A DNA stretch of 63,870 bases, filler included, from Trichomonas gallinae (Eukaryota): the NCBI GenBank assembly GCA_008369845.1. It is 7 parts of 7 records of this genome, joined end to end, with 100 filler letters (N's around TTAATTAATTAA, not from the genome) between each part and the next. Parts side by side here need not be neighbours in the genome. Positions count along the whole stretch, not along the records: positions 1 to 13,937 come from MRSU01001461.1; 6 more parts are not named here. The stretch is one strand, 5' to 3'. The first letter of the stretch is position 1, and each line of letters begins with the position of its first letter. The notes under the pieces are model-generated. The model was not told the origin of the DNA. It saw only the letters and a list, made by a program, of their open reading frames with translations, and did no database searches. Made by a program: the position numbers and the translations under genes. Of the stretch, positions 1 through 10,527 are shown piece after piece.

Positions 1-85
1 TAATGGTCACTATGTGCTCATTCTATATTATTAATTTACAGAATTTTTAGTTGTATTTTTCTGCCGGACAACCTTTGTTAAGATT

Positions 86-290
86 TGACATGTAATTTGT
101 ATTAAAATTTGACACATGAACTGTTCAAAAATTTGACATGTAGACTTTTGATATGATAACAAATGTGAAACCTTGACGTGTAAACTAATTGAATTTTTGA
201 CATGTAAATAAATGTAAAAAAATGAAATGTAAAATTTATAAAATTGACGTGTAAACTATATAATATTTGACATGTAAAAAATATGACAAC
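86..290 (+). repeat. Degenerate ~22-25 nt phased array of TGAC(A/G)TGTAAA motif upstream of PCI gene
   Basis: Core copies start at 86, 110, 134, 174, 198, 223, 245 and 268, separated by variable AT-rich spacers. Confidence 0.8.
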
Positions 291-313
291 GATAAAAAAT
301 TATAATTTTGACA

Positions 314-1330
314 ATGAATCTGTTCAATGTAGGCTTAAGTGAGCCAGATTTTATTCTCCCATCGCTTGCTGAATATTCAATACAGAAATACGACTTATAC
401 CAGTCCTATGTTAACTACAATATGAAGATGCTTAAAACTCAAGATCGTAAAAAATTGTTCTTTGAGAAGTGCAAGTCAAATGCATTGACAGCATACATCG
501 GAATGTTGACTTTCACGCCTGAAATTGACTATAATTTTACAATCGAATTATTCACTCTTGCACAGCAACTTCCTCTTCCTGAATCCGCTGTTGCAGGTCT
601 AGCTCTTAGATTTATCCATGCACTTATTGCAGCAAAAAAAGTTTCACAGCCAATTTACGAAGAATTCCAGCAATCAGCTAAACGTCTGCCAAGCGTATAC
701 TCAGTTCCTTATCTCTGCCTTTGTGCTAGAACAGGGCAACCTACAACAGCCAAATTCCAACCAATTCTTCGGAGCTCGAGATTATCATGCCTTCTTTTGT
801 TCTATCAAGGACTCAATGATTTATTACTCAATAAGTTTGTCGAAGCAGAAGACTCATTTTTCAAGGCTCTTTCCATTACAAACTTCGCCAAAGATATTAT
901 TCCTAATTTATTATTATATCTCGGTCTTTCGAATTTCCTTCTTGGAAGGTCATATGACTACTTTTCCAGTTTTGTTCCAGCTAGATTCCAAGTCGACGAG
1001 AATATCAAGAATCTTTGGGATCCTGATTTGAAATATTCTACCCCACTCATTTATCGTCGCTGGGAAAAGCAAATCATGACTCAACGTGCTAAGGTTATTA
1101 TCCGGGATTATGCCCTTTTGTACCCTTCCACTTCTCTCGATGAACTCAAGTCCAAATGTTCGATTGGTGATGAATTCGATGCTGTATTTAAGTCAATTGC
1201 TGTGGATATTGGTGCACAGGTCGAAGCAAATAAGGTTATATTCGGTCCTCCACACATTACATCTATGATTGAACAAAGCATCAAGTCAATTCAAGCAAAG
1301 AGAATTGCTTTTGAAGCTAAACACCAGTAG
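314..1330 (+). CDS. PCI-domain-like protein (Rpn3/CSN3-like)
   Basis: First ATG at 314; helical segment LFYQGLNDLLLNKFVEAEDSFFKAL; C-terminal winged-helix-like LLYPSTSLDELKSKC...IGAQVEANKVIF. Confidence 0.55.
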   Translation: MNLFNVGLSEPDFILPSLAEYSIQKYDLYQSYVNYNMKMLKTQDRKKLFFEKCKSNALTAYIGMLTFTPEIDYNFTIELFTLAQQLPLPESAVAGLALRFIHALIAAKKVSQPIYEEFQQSAKRLPSVYSVPYLCLCARTGQPTTAKFQPILRSSRLSCLLLFYQGLNDLLLNKFVEAEDSFFKALSITNFAKDIIPNLLLYLGLSNFLLGRSYDYFSSFVPARFQVDENIKNLWDPDLKYSTPLIYRRWEKQIMTQRAKVIIRDYALLYPSTSLDELKSKCSIGDEFDAVFKSIAVDIGAQVEANKVIFGPPHITSMIEQSIKSIQAKRIAFEAKHQ

Positions 1331-1843
1331 TCTGTGATATAATCTCATTTTATAATAATATAAAAGAAAAATGTATTTATAATAAATTATATTTATTTAA
1401 TATATTATAATTAAATTGTCTACCAACTCGTTTATCTCATACTCGAAGGATACCTTTAAAAAAAAAAATTAAATTTTAAATTGTAATGAATTTTTCATAA
1501 TTTTTATATCAAAATTCTTAGGGGAAAATTTTTAACGCAAAAAAACTAAAGCTAATGATTTTAATTTAGTAAATTAACCTTATTACTCGGAACAGTTCTG
1601 CAGTGATAAAAATCATCAATATACGATATTTATTCATTTCAATGCATTTATTTTATACTTCATTATAAGACTCTGTGTATGTATTATATTATTTTGCATA
1701 AAATCATATATTTGGCAAGATAAACTCAAATTTTATATGAAAAAAAAACAAAATAAATAATGAAAATTTTTGAGAAATTTAGTCAAATATTTCTTATATA
1801 TGCTATATAGATGTCCAAAAAGTAAATCAAATTTCATAATTTT

Positions 1844-3628
1844 ATGACGATTACTCCTCCCTCCGAGAAAGTCATCGTAGACTTTCGGGAGACTCAAGGA
1901 GATTTGTTCGTCTATGGCTTCGGCAAAATACTGCCGATATGCCCGTTCTTATTTCAAGTCCCAATGAAAGAAGAATCGAAATTATTTTCAACTCATAAAA
2001 AAGAATCGTATTTAACACTTCAATGCAACAGATTTCGCGTCGATGAGAGTCTTGATGACATTGATTATGCTGAAACACTACCTTACGCGTTTACTTCCGC
2101 AGCTGAAATTCTATTAGAGAGAATCTCGTTGAAGGAATTTGCATGTAGTATTTGCAATCATATTGGACCTCGATCAGAAGTCCTTTCACATATAATTACA
2201 TGTCATTCAAGCCATATTCGTAATTTTTTAGATCATCACATTGAATTTTTAGACGATGATGATAAACCATTTTTCGGTCTTTTCACTAAATGTCAGTTCG
2301 ACTCTTTAATAACAAGCCCTACGAAGCCATATGTATTAAACAGAGGTCAGAGCGGAACAATTTGTGCTCCAATTTTACCAAATCTTAGTGATACAGAAGA
2401 ATCGGAGTCAGAAAGCAAAGACCCTGAAATTGATATGCGATTAAATCAAAAATATTCGGATCCATTATATCGATCTGAGCAAATTCGAGTAAAATATCAA
2501 GACACAGACATATATCCATTAACAGCATTCGCAAAAGAGCACATTCCGCAGTTTTTGCGCCAAGATGATGATGAGACAGATGAAATAACGCGTTTAGAAA
2601 GGACAGACAAAGAAGATTTCGATAGAAAAGATCATATTTTACAGTCAATCAACGAATTTTACATGCCACAAACTGTTTCTCAGTCGAAACCACAAGAAAT
2701 TGAAGGAAACGTCGACGCAGTTAGAAAGATGAAGGATGAAATAAAGAAGCCACCAATAGAGGATATTGATGATCTCATGCGCAAGATGAAAGAGGAAGAA
2801 GAAGCCGCAAAATTAGAATTAATGAAAGCAGAAGAACCGCCAAAACCAGTTTTGATTGAGTATCTATCAACAATACCAGCAGATATTATCGATGACGTCA
2901 TCGAAGACATAGCGGGCAAGTTCGTGCACGAATATGTTGACTCACAAATTGTCCCGATTGTTAAACCGATTTTAAACCAAGAAAAGAAAGCCTACAACAA
3001 GCGTACGCGCGAAGAAAAGGCCAACAGGCAGCGTCAAGAGCGTCGTAAGCGCGAAGACGAGATGAAACAAAGAAGACAGGAAGCAATATCGAACATTTCA
3101 TCAAAAATCGTTAATCCACTCATTCGCAATTTCGTTCGACAGGAGATATCAGACATTTTCAAGCAGGAAGCGCAGAACCTCGCAGACCCGATGGACTCGA
3201 AGCCGAGGATGAAGGATGGTGGCCTTCTTCCTGTAGTAGTTAGCGGCTTAACATCGCCGAAGCATCTCAGCATCGAATTTTTGTCGAAGCTTTTCTCCAA
3301 CCTGCAGTTTTTGCTCGATGAGGACGAGAAGCCTCTTATCAGGTTCAGAGTCAGATACAGAAGATTCGAGGTGCTCCTCTACCTCGCAAATGAGGTTGAA
3401 GTTTCAAAAGCTTTAGCGATGAGTCCTCTGCAAGTCGATTACACAAACGCTCTTCTAGAAATGGATGAAGAGCTGCCTCCAGAAGGATGCTGGACAGCGT
3501 TCACTAACCAGAAAGTGCTCGAAGTCGGATCTACCAAAAACTTGGAAGACTTGCATGCAAATGGCGGCAAGTTTTCTTACGAACAAATGTCAGGGTTGTG
3601 TGATTTACTTTCTTTAAATAGATCATAA
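1844..3628 (+). CDS. Hypothetical protein with C2H2-type zinc finger, coiled coil and possible C-terminal RRM-like domain
   Basis: 594-aa ORF; CSIC...HIITCH; charged helix REEKANRQRQERRKREDE; VVVSGL...FLSKLF...LLYLANEVEVSKAL. Confidence 0.6.
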   Translation: MTITPPSEKVIVDFRETQGDLFVYGFGKILPICPFLFQVPMKEESKLFSTHKKESYLTLQCNRFRVDESLDDIDYAETLPYAFTSAAEILLERISLKEFACSICNHIGPRSEVLSHIITCHSSHIRNFLDHHIEFLDDDDKPFFGLFTKCQFDSLITSPTKPYVLNRGQSGTICAPILPNLSDTEESESESKDPEIDMRLNQKYSDPLYRSEQIRVKYQDTDIYPLTAFAKEHIPQFLRQDDDETDEITRLERTDKEDFDRKDHILQSINEFYMPQTVSQSKPQEIEGNVDAVRKMKDEIKKPPIEDIDDLMRKMKEEEEAAKLELMKAEEPPKPVLIEYLSTIPADIIDDVIEDIAGKFVHEYVDSQIVPIVKPILNQEKKAYNKRTREEKANRQRQERRKREDEMKQRRQEAISNISSKIVNPLIRNFVRQEISDIFKQEAQNLADPMDSKPRMKDGGLLPVVVSGLTSPKHLSIEFLSKLFSNLQFLLDEDEKPLIRFRVRYRRFEVLLYLANEVEVSKALAMSPLQVDYTNALLEMDEELPPEGCWTAFTNQKVLEVGSTKNLEDLHANGGKFSYEQMSGLCDLLSLNRS

Positions 3629-4178
3629 AATATATTGTAATGCATAGATATATTAAATTATATATTTTTCATTTATAATGCATATATGCATAGTTTCACT
3701 TTTTCCTATATAACTACATGTTTTTTCAAAAATATAAAAAGTAATATAACTTTGGAAATTCGGAGATTTGTGAATTATAAGTATAGCAATAATATGTGAT
3801 AGAATATTTTCATTTGTTTCGAATAACAATTGTTTTAGATTGATGAGAAAAAACAGCAAAAGATGAGCTTAAAGTAATGTCATAATATACACAAGAACAG
3901 ATTTACTTTTTATCATATAACTAATTGTTTTTCTTGTAATATAATTGAATTTTTGGAAATCGCGCAACATGCGAATGAGGAGCAAAAATATGATATATTA
4001 TCTCATTAACATTAATATAATTCATACATATTGCATAAAATATTATTAAAAATTTCAAAAAAATAATTTATATGGCTTTATATGAAATTCAGCCTGACTT
4101 TGAGCCAATGGGACAATTTTTCTATATACTAACCTTTATATTTTACCAAATTTAAGAAAATGAAATTGATTAATAAAA

Positions 4179-5420
4179 TTAACCTTCGAACCTGGTTAAA
4201 GAATTGCTAGCGGCACACTTCTGCATAATGTAGTCGAATCTTGGCCTTTGAGGATTTCCATGTAATTTATCTTTTGTTTGTCCTAATGATTTAATTAAAT
4301 GGCATTTATCGACTTGATTTTTTAATAATGAGCATATTCTATCAAATTGGTGTATCAGTACGGGTGCGTGTTTTGCATTTATTGCGTACATTTTATTATC
4401 TGATCTCGGATTAAATTCAAAAAGAGAATAAGCTGCAGATAAAAGATATTTTGCATCATAGTCGATAAAATAATCTGATTCAGATCTATAAACAACATAG
4501 TTAAGTATAGATTGATCATTCACACCTTCTCTAAAGAAAATATTAGGGTCAAACATCTTTAAATATAGCTCATACATCTTTATTGCCGGTCCTATGAGAA
4601 CTCCTCCGTTGATGAGCATCTTGGAACTGTAAAAATCATCAGAATAATTATCATCAGTTAATATTTGTTGTTTTCTGGCCCATTCATGATCTTCGAACGT
4701 GACTTCTTCAACTGATAAAGATATTTTGTCACGTGGAAGATGTTCATCGAATGGATCTCCTTGAAAATAAGTATCAAAAATATCATTAATCATTATTCTA
4801 TCAAAATAATATCTATACGTATCTAAGAATGATAATATAACTAGAGTACGAAGTGTTCTCGCGTCTAATCCTTCGAAATTATTTAATTTGATGAAGAATG
4901 CGCCGCATTTTTGTATTTCTGCTAAAACTTCCTTATTGAAATTGTTAAGATATCCTTTGTCAATGAAAATTATCACGCCGCAAACACATCCTGTCGATCG
5001 AAGATTTCGTAGCCATGTTAAAAAGTTGTGTATTTTCTCACCAAATCCAAATGTAAGCGCTAAATCATTAGGATTACTTTTAATTTTGTTGTGCTTTTCT
5101 GGATTGTTGCATAATATACAATTTTGGAAATTTGAAACGTTATGTAATTGTGATATTACTGATGCATCTTCAAAGAGTGCGGATCCATGTAGATATTTTT
5201 CAACAGCATCGTGCAATTCTTTCGGATTTGCAAAATTATATGAAACAATTGTTCGAAATTCTTGTTTTAGAGCGAAGATTATAATGGAAATGCATAGGCA
5301 TGCTATCAATACTGTTTGGTTTGTCTTTGTATTTCTCCAAAATCGCGATCTTGGTTTGACACGATATCGAGTTTTGAAAATTTGAAAATGATCATTTGAA
5401 TAATATAAACCAATCGGCAT
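4179..5420 (-). CDS. Type II membrane glycosyltransferase-like protein (GT-A-like)
   Basis: First ATG at 5420; N-terminal TM (VLIACLCISIIIFAL); motifs NDIFDTYFQGDPF, INGGVLIG, NDQSILNY, HQFDR. Confidence 0.65.
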   Translation of the reverse strand: MPIGLYYSNDHFQIFKTRYRVKPRSRFWRNTKTNQTVLIACLCISIIIFALKQEFRTIVSYNFANPKELHDAVEKYLHGSALFEDASVISQLHNVSNFQNCILCNNPEKHNKIKSNPNDLALTFGFGEKIHNFLTWLRNLRSTGCVCGVIIFIDKGYLNNFNKEVLAEIQKCGAFFIKLNNFEGLDARTLRTLVILSFLDTYRYYFDRIMINDIFDTYFQGDPFDEHLPRDKISLSVEEVTFEDHEWARKQQILTDDNYSDDFYSSKMLINGGVLIGPAIKMYELYLKMFDPNIFFREGVNDQSILNYVVYRSESDYFIDYDAKYLLSAAYSLFEFNPRSDNKMYAINAKHAPVLIHQFDRICSLLKNQVDKCHLIKSLGQTKDKLHGNPQRPRFDYIMQKCAASNSLTRFEG

Positions 5421-6165
5421 ATTTGATATTATTATTGACACAATTTCCTCAAACTCAATATTATTTTTAAAACATCAATTTGATCAGAAAAAACAAGCTA
5501 ATATGTACATATTTCTTGATTGAAATAAGCTTTTCTTCAATTTTGAGATTTCATACACTTATATAGAGCTTTTCTATATCAATATATAAAGATATTTATT
5601 TGAAATTAACATCAATCTTGATGATTTGGATATAATAAGTCCTAATCAATAACATTATATGGTATGAGAAACTGTACGTAATTCTTTATTTCATTTTGAG
5701 AAAAAGATAAAATATGCAACAGTATCTTGAAAAATTGATCATATATCCCTTAAGTTTATGAAATCAAATTTTTAAGCATCATGTGTTGGATCTATATTTA
5801 TTTGTGGATGTTTTCAAAATCAATCCAAAAGAGGATGAAAATGAAAGACAATTTATTACAAATCGAGAACGAATAGTATAATGATAATACATTTTAAAAA
5901 TTAGCCAAAGTTTGAGGTTCATCAAGAAAATTCACGAAATTTTTTTTTCACTTTTTGATTTTTTCAATAATTTTCACCATAGGGTTTTCTCTGCATTAAT
6001 TCATTTTATATATATAGTAGTATCCAAATTTAATCTCAAAATGAAGAAAACCATTATTGTATTTGAAACAAAATTTTACTGAAATTTTTGGTAAATCAGG
6101 CTCTCTATAATGTATTAATATCGTTGCTCACTTCAAATCAAGAATGTCAAAAATTTAGTCAGCAA

Positions 6166-6254
6166 TAACGGTTAGAAAAACCGCTGAAACCGTCGATTCG
6201 ATAATATTTAATTCAAAATTTAAAAACTTTGAATTGAAAAAAAAAGGCGCCAAA
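6166..6254. promoter_or_regulatory. Myb-type (TAACGGTTA) and E2F-type (TTTGGCGC, minus strand) sites upstream of Myb gene
   Basis: TAACGGTTA at 6166-6174 reads YAACNG on both strands; GCGCCAAA at 6247-6254 lies just before the ATG at 6262. Confidence 0.4.
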
Positions 6255-6261
6255 ATTCCTG

Positions 6262-6804
6262 ATGGATGAGCGAAGTCTTCAAGTAACGGGTACAGAGGGA
6301 ATGCAAGGGATGAATGATCAATCAATGGATCAATACTTAACTCCACAGCAAATGCAACTCTTCCAGTTGGCTTCGGCTGACGCAAATCTATCTATGCAAC
6401 ACGCAACAGGTCGTGGTGTATGGTCTCAACAGGAAGATGAGTTATTAACTCGGGCTGTTATGCAATTAGGCCCAAAGAAATGGCAAGATATTAGCAGATT
6501 CGTACCTACTAGAACTAGTAAACAATGTCGAGAACGATGGTTTAACTGTTTGAATCCAAATAACAAACATGGCGCTTTCGAGCCATGGGAGGATCAAATT
6601 ATAATCGAAAAACAGAAAGAAATAGGTAACAGGTGGGCGAGTATAGCACATCTTTTACCTGGAAGAAGCTCAGGTGCAGTGAAAAACAGATGGTATTCGG
6701 GTCTTAAAAGCTATCACCCGTCCGCTTCAATGGGAAACTCTTCATTACAAACTAATATGGATACAAATCTAGATACTTCAACAATTACCCCGTATCCGCA
6801 GTAA
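6262..6804 (+). CDS. R2R3 Myb-like DNA-binding protein
   Basis: WSQQEDELL...W...RTSKQCRERWFNCLNP and FEPWEDQII...GNRWASIAHLLPGRSSGAVKNRW. Confidence 0.95.
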   Translation: MDERSLQVTGTEGMQGMNDQSMDQYLTPQQMQLFQLASADANLSMQHATGRGVWSQQEDELLTRAVMQLGPKKWQDISRFVPTRTSKQCRERWFNCLNPNNKHGAFEPWEDQIIIEKQKEIGNRWASIAHLLPGRSSGAVKNRWYSGLKSYHPSASMGNSSLQTNMDTNLDTSTITPYPQ

Positions 6805-7558
6805 ATGTCTAATTTTTCGTCTAAAGATATTGTCTAATTTAACTTCTGAAACTCATAAATTTTTTACTTTTTTTCGTTTCAATGGATAACATGTAGAAAT
6901 TTTTGGTGAGTGGCCTCAGTGTTGCGACAGAAGTGTGTTTCTATACATTAGAAGTATCTAATGAATCATCAAAATCGAGTATTAAACATTTTTTGAAACT
7001 TCAACTGGATTTATATGATTTATATCTAACAAGTAGCTGAATGGACCAATTGTTTTTTTGATTCTATAATTTTATACATTTTGCACACTGTCGATCAGGG
7101 TAACCTAATAATTAAGTACACTTCTGTGTGTTTATTCTAGGGTTTAAATATCTCGCATTTGGTACGACGACTTTCTCCAAAAAACGGTTTTTTGATCAAG
7201 GGTTCAACATGAAAACGCAAATTTTAATAGATAAGATATGTAATTAGTTAGAGGGAATTGCATGAAAACAATTAAAAACACGAAATGTTCATGAATTATG
7301 TTTATTGTTTATGAAAACCATTGATATAGATATTGAATAAATTAAAATTGTTTATTATTAGATTTTTTCATATATAAAACAATTCTTTTCATTGTAGATG
7401 ATATTAATATGATATTGTTGATGGTTGATTATTAATTCTTAGAATGATTTTAGTGATGATGTTAGAAATTGGCTAAATTTTGACATGTAAAGTGTCACTT
7501 TTCTAACTCTCTCTGTTAGTGATGTAAACTAACGTCCATTTTTTAGAAAAATAATAAT

Positions 7559-9562
7559 ATGAGTCTTTCAGTTCCCAAAGTCTCTCCTTTCAGTGAAGAG
7601 TTTGGCATTGTTGAGCAGCAGCTTAGATTACAGTTGCACGCTCCAGTGCTTAAGATTTCCGAAATGTTTGATATTGCGTTAAAACCAATTAACGTCCAAT
7701 TCGATAATTTCTGCAAAGCACATCTCCCATCAAATGTTGTTGATGTTTTCATCCCAACAAATCAAGTCAAACAATCAAAATCCGACGTTATTAGTCATGG
7801 ATTCAAAGTCCATCCAAAGGAGGGCTTCACTTTCAACACAAACGAGCTTGTTCTCGATACAAACGAGAAGGAATTTGAAGTTTTCCACTTAAAAGTCGCT
7901 CTCGCTTCGATTATCAACTATCAAGATCCAAAAGCTCCAATTGGCAAAGTAAAATATCAGACAGGTACCCCAACAGTCGCCAATCTCGAATCAGGATACA
8001 ACACCCTCAGAATAGCTGACAACAAATTCGTTGTTTTCATTCCAAACCAGATCAAGGGCTGCCACCTTTGCCGCTTCACATTTGAGGAAGGTGTTTCTGA
8101 TGCTGACCCAGATGGCCACGTTTGCGAGCAATGCGGATCAGATGGTGCCAAAGTTTACTGCTTTAACTGCCACAAGCGCCTCTGCGATAGTTGTGACAGC
8201 AGACTCCACGAGGAGTCAAACGACTTCATGAGGGATCATAAAGTCGCTCCACTCGAAGAAGCACAAATTAACGTACAAAAGTGCCCAGAACATCCAGACC
8301 ACCACGTCGAATACTACTGCCCTAAGTGCCACCTCCCGATCTGCCTCGAGTGCAAGGTCAAAGGCAGCCACGCACACGGCGATCCAGCAAAGCATAAACT
8401 CATCCCAATAGCACAGGCATACAACGACGCTTTGACCATCTTAAGGAAGCCATCTCCATACAACGCTGAGCGCGAGCGCGGTATCCAGGATGGCTTAGAT
8501 GACTGCGAGAAGCGCCTCCAAGAGATCATCGCCAACCAGCAGGCAGTTGAAGACGAAATCATGAGAGTTGCAATGAAAGCTATCGAGGAGTCGAGAGTTT
8601 TGTCAGCGCGCACTGCCAACCAAGTCAACTCAACTAAGGTTGAGTTGCTTAGAAAGAGGAGCGAGTACGAGGCATACAAGGAGCTCGTCGAGAACTACAG
8701 AGTCAATGGCGAGCCAGTTCCATTCCTCGAGACAGTCTTCAGAGACAGCTGCTTGAAGAGAGACACAGAGCACAACTTAGATCTCCCACAGCCACTCACA
8801 CAGAAGGGTAATTTAGTCGTCTACGGAAGAATCGAAGTCTCTCCACCAAAGGCTGCTAAAGAGGTCAAAGACCGCGGCCTTCCTCAGCAGTCTCAGTCTT
8901 ATTCTTACATCACAGACGCCACATCGACACAGCTTGAGCCTCAGGATCCACATTGGACGAGACTCTCCAAGATGGCGTCAAGGAAGAGAGCCAAATACGA
9001 GAATGCCGGAATCACACTTCCATTCAGACCATTCGAAGGGTCCCAGATCATCACTGACGCTAACCTCGCTGAGAGACTTTACCTATGCCTTCCATTCAAG
9101 GGCACACCAGAACCACACATTTTGTACTCATCAGAACTCCACTCCAAGAACATCCACATGCTCCACAAGCTCGTCGATGAGATGGGCATCACAGCCGTCA
9201 TCGTCAAGGCAAATGATCAGATGTTCGGCGGTTTCGCCGCTACAAAGTGGTCAAGCGATGGAGTTCCCCGCAAAGAAAAGTCTTCTACATTCCTCTTCCA
9301 GCTCAACAAGGATGCATTTATCCCATACGGAGGACAGAGCGAGCAGCCTCTTTACACAGTCGCAACACCAGACACTTTGTCATTTGGTGGTGCTGACCTT
9401 GTTCTCGCTGGTCAGCAGTTTGAGCGCTGCACATCTGCTATCGAGAACTCTTTCGGCATTGGCTTCCTTTATGGATCACAGAAGGCTAAAGAGTTCCTTG
9501 CTGGAGCACACAGATTCACAGCTGAAATCGTCGAAGTTTGGGGATTCTTCACCTCTGAGTAA
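7559..9562 (+). CDS. Double B-box zinc finger, coiled-coil, TLDc-domain protein with PARP-like N-terminus
   Basis: CEQC..C..C..LCDSCDSRLH and CPEH..YYCPKCHLPICLEC...H B-boxes; TLDc motifs MFGGFAATKW, TFLFQL, LSFGG, FLAG..F....VEVW. Confidence 0.85.
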   Translation: MSLSVPKVSPFSEEFGIVEQQLRLQLHAPVLKISEMFDIALKPINVQFDNFCKAHLPSNVVDVFIPTNQVKQSKSDVISHGFKVHPKEGFTFNTNELVLDTNEKEFEVFHLKVALASIINYQDPKAPIGKVKYQTGTPTVANLESGYNTLRIADNKFVVFIPNQIKGCHLCRFTFEEGVSDADPDGHVCEQCGSDGAKVYCFNCHKRLCDSCDSRLHEESNDFMRDHKVAPLEEAQINVQKCPEHPDHHVEYYCPKCHLPICLECKVKGSHAHGDPAKHKLIPIAQAYNDALTILRKPSPYNAERERGIQDGLDDCEKRLQEIIANQQAVEDEIMRVAMKAIEESRVLSARTANQVNSTKVELLRKRSEYEAYKELVENYRVNGEPVPFLETVFRDSCLKRDTEHNLDLPQPLTQKGNLVVYGRIEVSPPKAAKEVKDRGLPQQSQSYSYITDATSTQLEPQDPHWTRLSKMASRKRAKYENAGITLPFRPFEGSQIITDANLAERLYLCLPFKGTPEPHILYSSELHSKNIHMLHKLVDEMGITAVIVKANDQMFGGFAATKWSSDGVPRKEKSSTFLFQLNKDAFIPYGGQSEQPLYTVATPDTLSFGGADLVLAGQQFERCTSAIENSFGIGFLYGSQKAKEFLAGAHRFTAEIVEVWGFFTSE

Positions 9563-9901
9563 TTTATTATTATTTTATTATTTATTTGATTTGATTGAGA
9601 TATGAATTTAAAGATTTTTTCTTCCTTTGTCTTATTTACTATCATTGTTAAAATCGAAAATAATTTGCAAATAGCATTTTGATACATCAAAACATTCATA
9701 ACTCAGGCAAAAAAAATTGTTTTTCTTATGGTTATGAATCCTTCACATTATTAAAATAGAAAGCTCTTATTGAGATCCCATAAGTAGCTTTTAAAAATGT
9801 AGATGCCACTTTAGAAAAAAGCCAGTTTATAAAAAGGATAAATGAATTTTGAAAAAAAATAAATGGATATAAAAGAGGCAGAATAAAAATTGTTATGAAT
9901 A

Positions 9902-9952
9902 AAAGTGACATAAATATGATAATGATGAAAAGTGCCAAATATAAAAAGTGAC
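9902..9952 (+). promoter_or_regulatory. Clustered AAAGTGAC (Trichomonas M2-like) motifs
   Basis: AAAGTGAC at 9902 and 9945, AAAGTGCC at 9929, before ATG 9962; same motif at 59475 and reversed at 7494 and 30894, each just upstream of an ATG. Confidence 0.55.
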
Positions 9953-9961
9953 GTATTAAGT

Positions 9962-10405
9962 ATGAAACAAGCGCGGCTTATTCCATCCATCAATGTCACA
10001 GAATCAAACACAGCTAAAATTTCGATAGAGTTAACAGATAAAGATAATGAAGAGAATGCAGCTCTTGAAAAAATCAAAATTAACGAACTCAATTCACTGT
10101 TTCCAAATATGAATTCAATTCATCGACGTTTTCAGATAGATCAGGCCGAAGAAGAAACATTCTTTAAGAATTTAAAGAAAAATGTTAAAGAAAAACCAAA
10201 TCAATTTTCAGCAGATATCGCTATTATAAGAAATTACGACGAAACTGTGTTATACTTAGCCAAGGTTGAAACAGATTATTTAGGATCGCCAGGAAAACAT
10301 CCAGATTTTGTATTATTACCTAAATCTATTGTAGATCATGCTTCACCGACTTTCTTTGAGGACCATTTAGTTGTGAGTCAAAGTATAGCAAATTCAAATG
10401 AATAG
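9962..10405 (+). CDS. Small hypothetical protein, possible C-terminal chromo-shadow-like domain
   Basis: First ATG at 9962; C-terminal VLYLAKV...FVLLPKSIVDHASPTFFEDHL. Confidence 0.55.
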   Translation: MKQARLIPSINVTESNTAKISIELTDKDNEENAALEKIKINELNSLFPNMNSIHRRFQIDQAEEETFFKNLKKNVKEKPNQFSADIAIIRNYDETVLYLAKVETDYLGSPGKHPDFVLLPKSIVDHASPTFFEDHLVVSQSIANSNE

Positions 10406-10527
10406 AATTGTTTTGTTTGTTATAGAATTATTTTTTGTTTGATTAAAATGGAATATATTAAATATTTACACATACAAACATAATATAATGAATATCAACA
10501 ATGTTCATGTCACAAATTAAATTTATA

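Noticed and set aside
86..290. CRISPR-like repeat-spacer array
   Set aside because: Core is only ~11 nt and degenerate, spacers are ~12 nt and AT-rich, there are no cas genes, and the context is eukaryotic.
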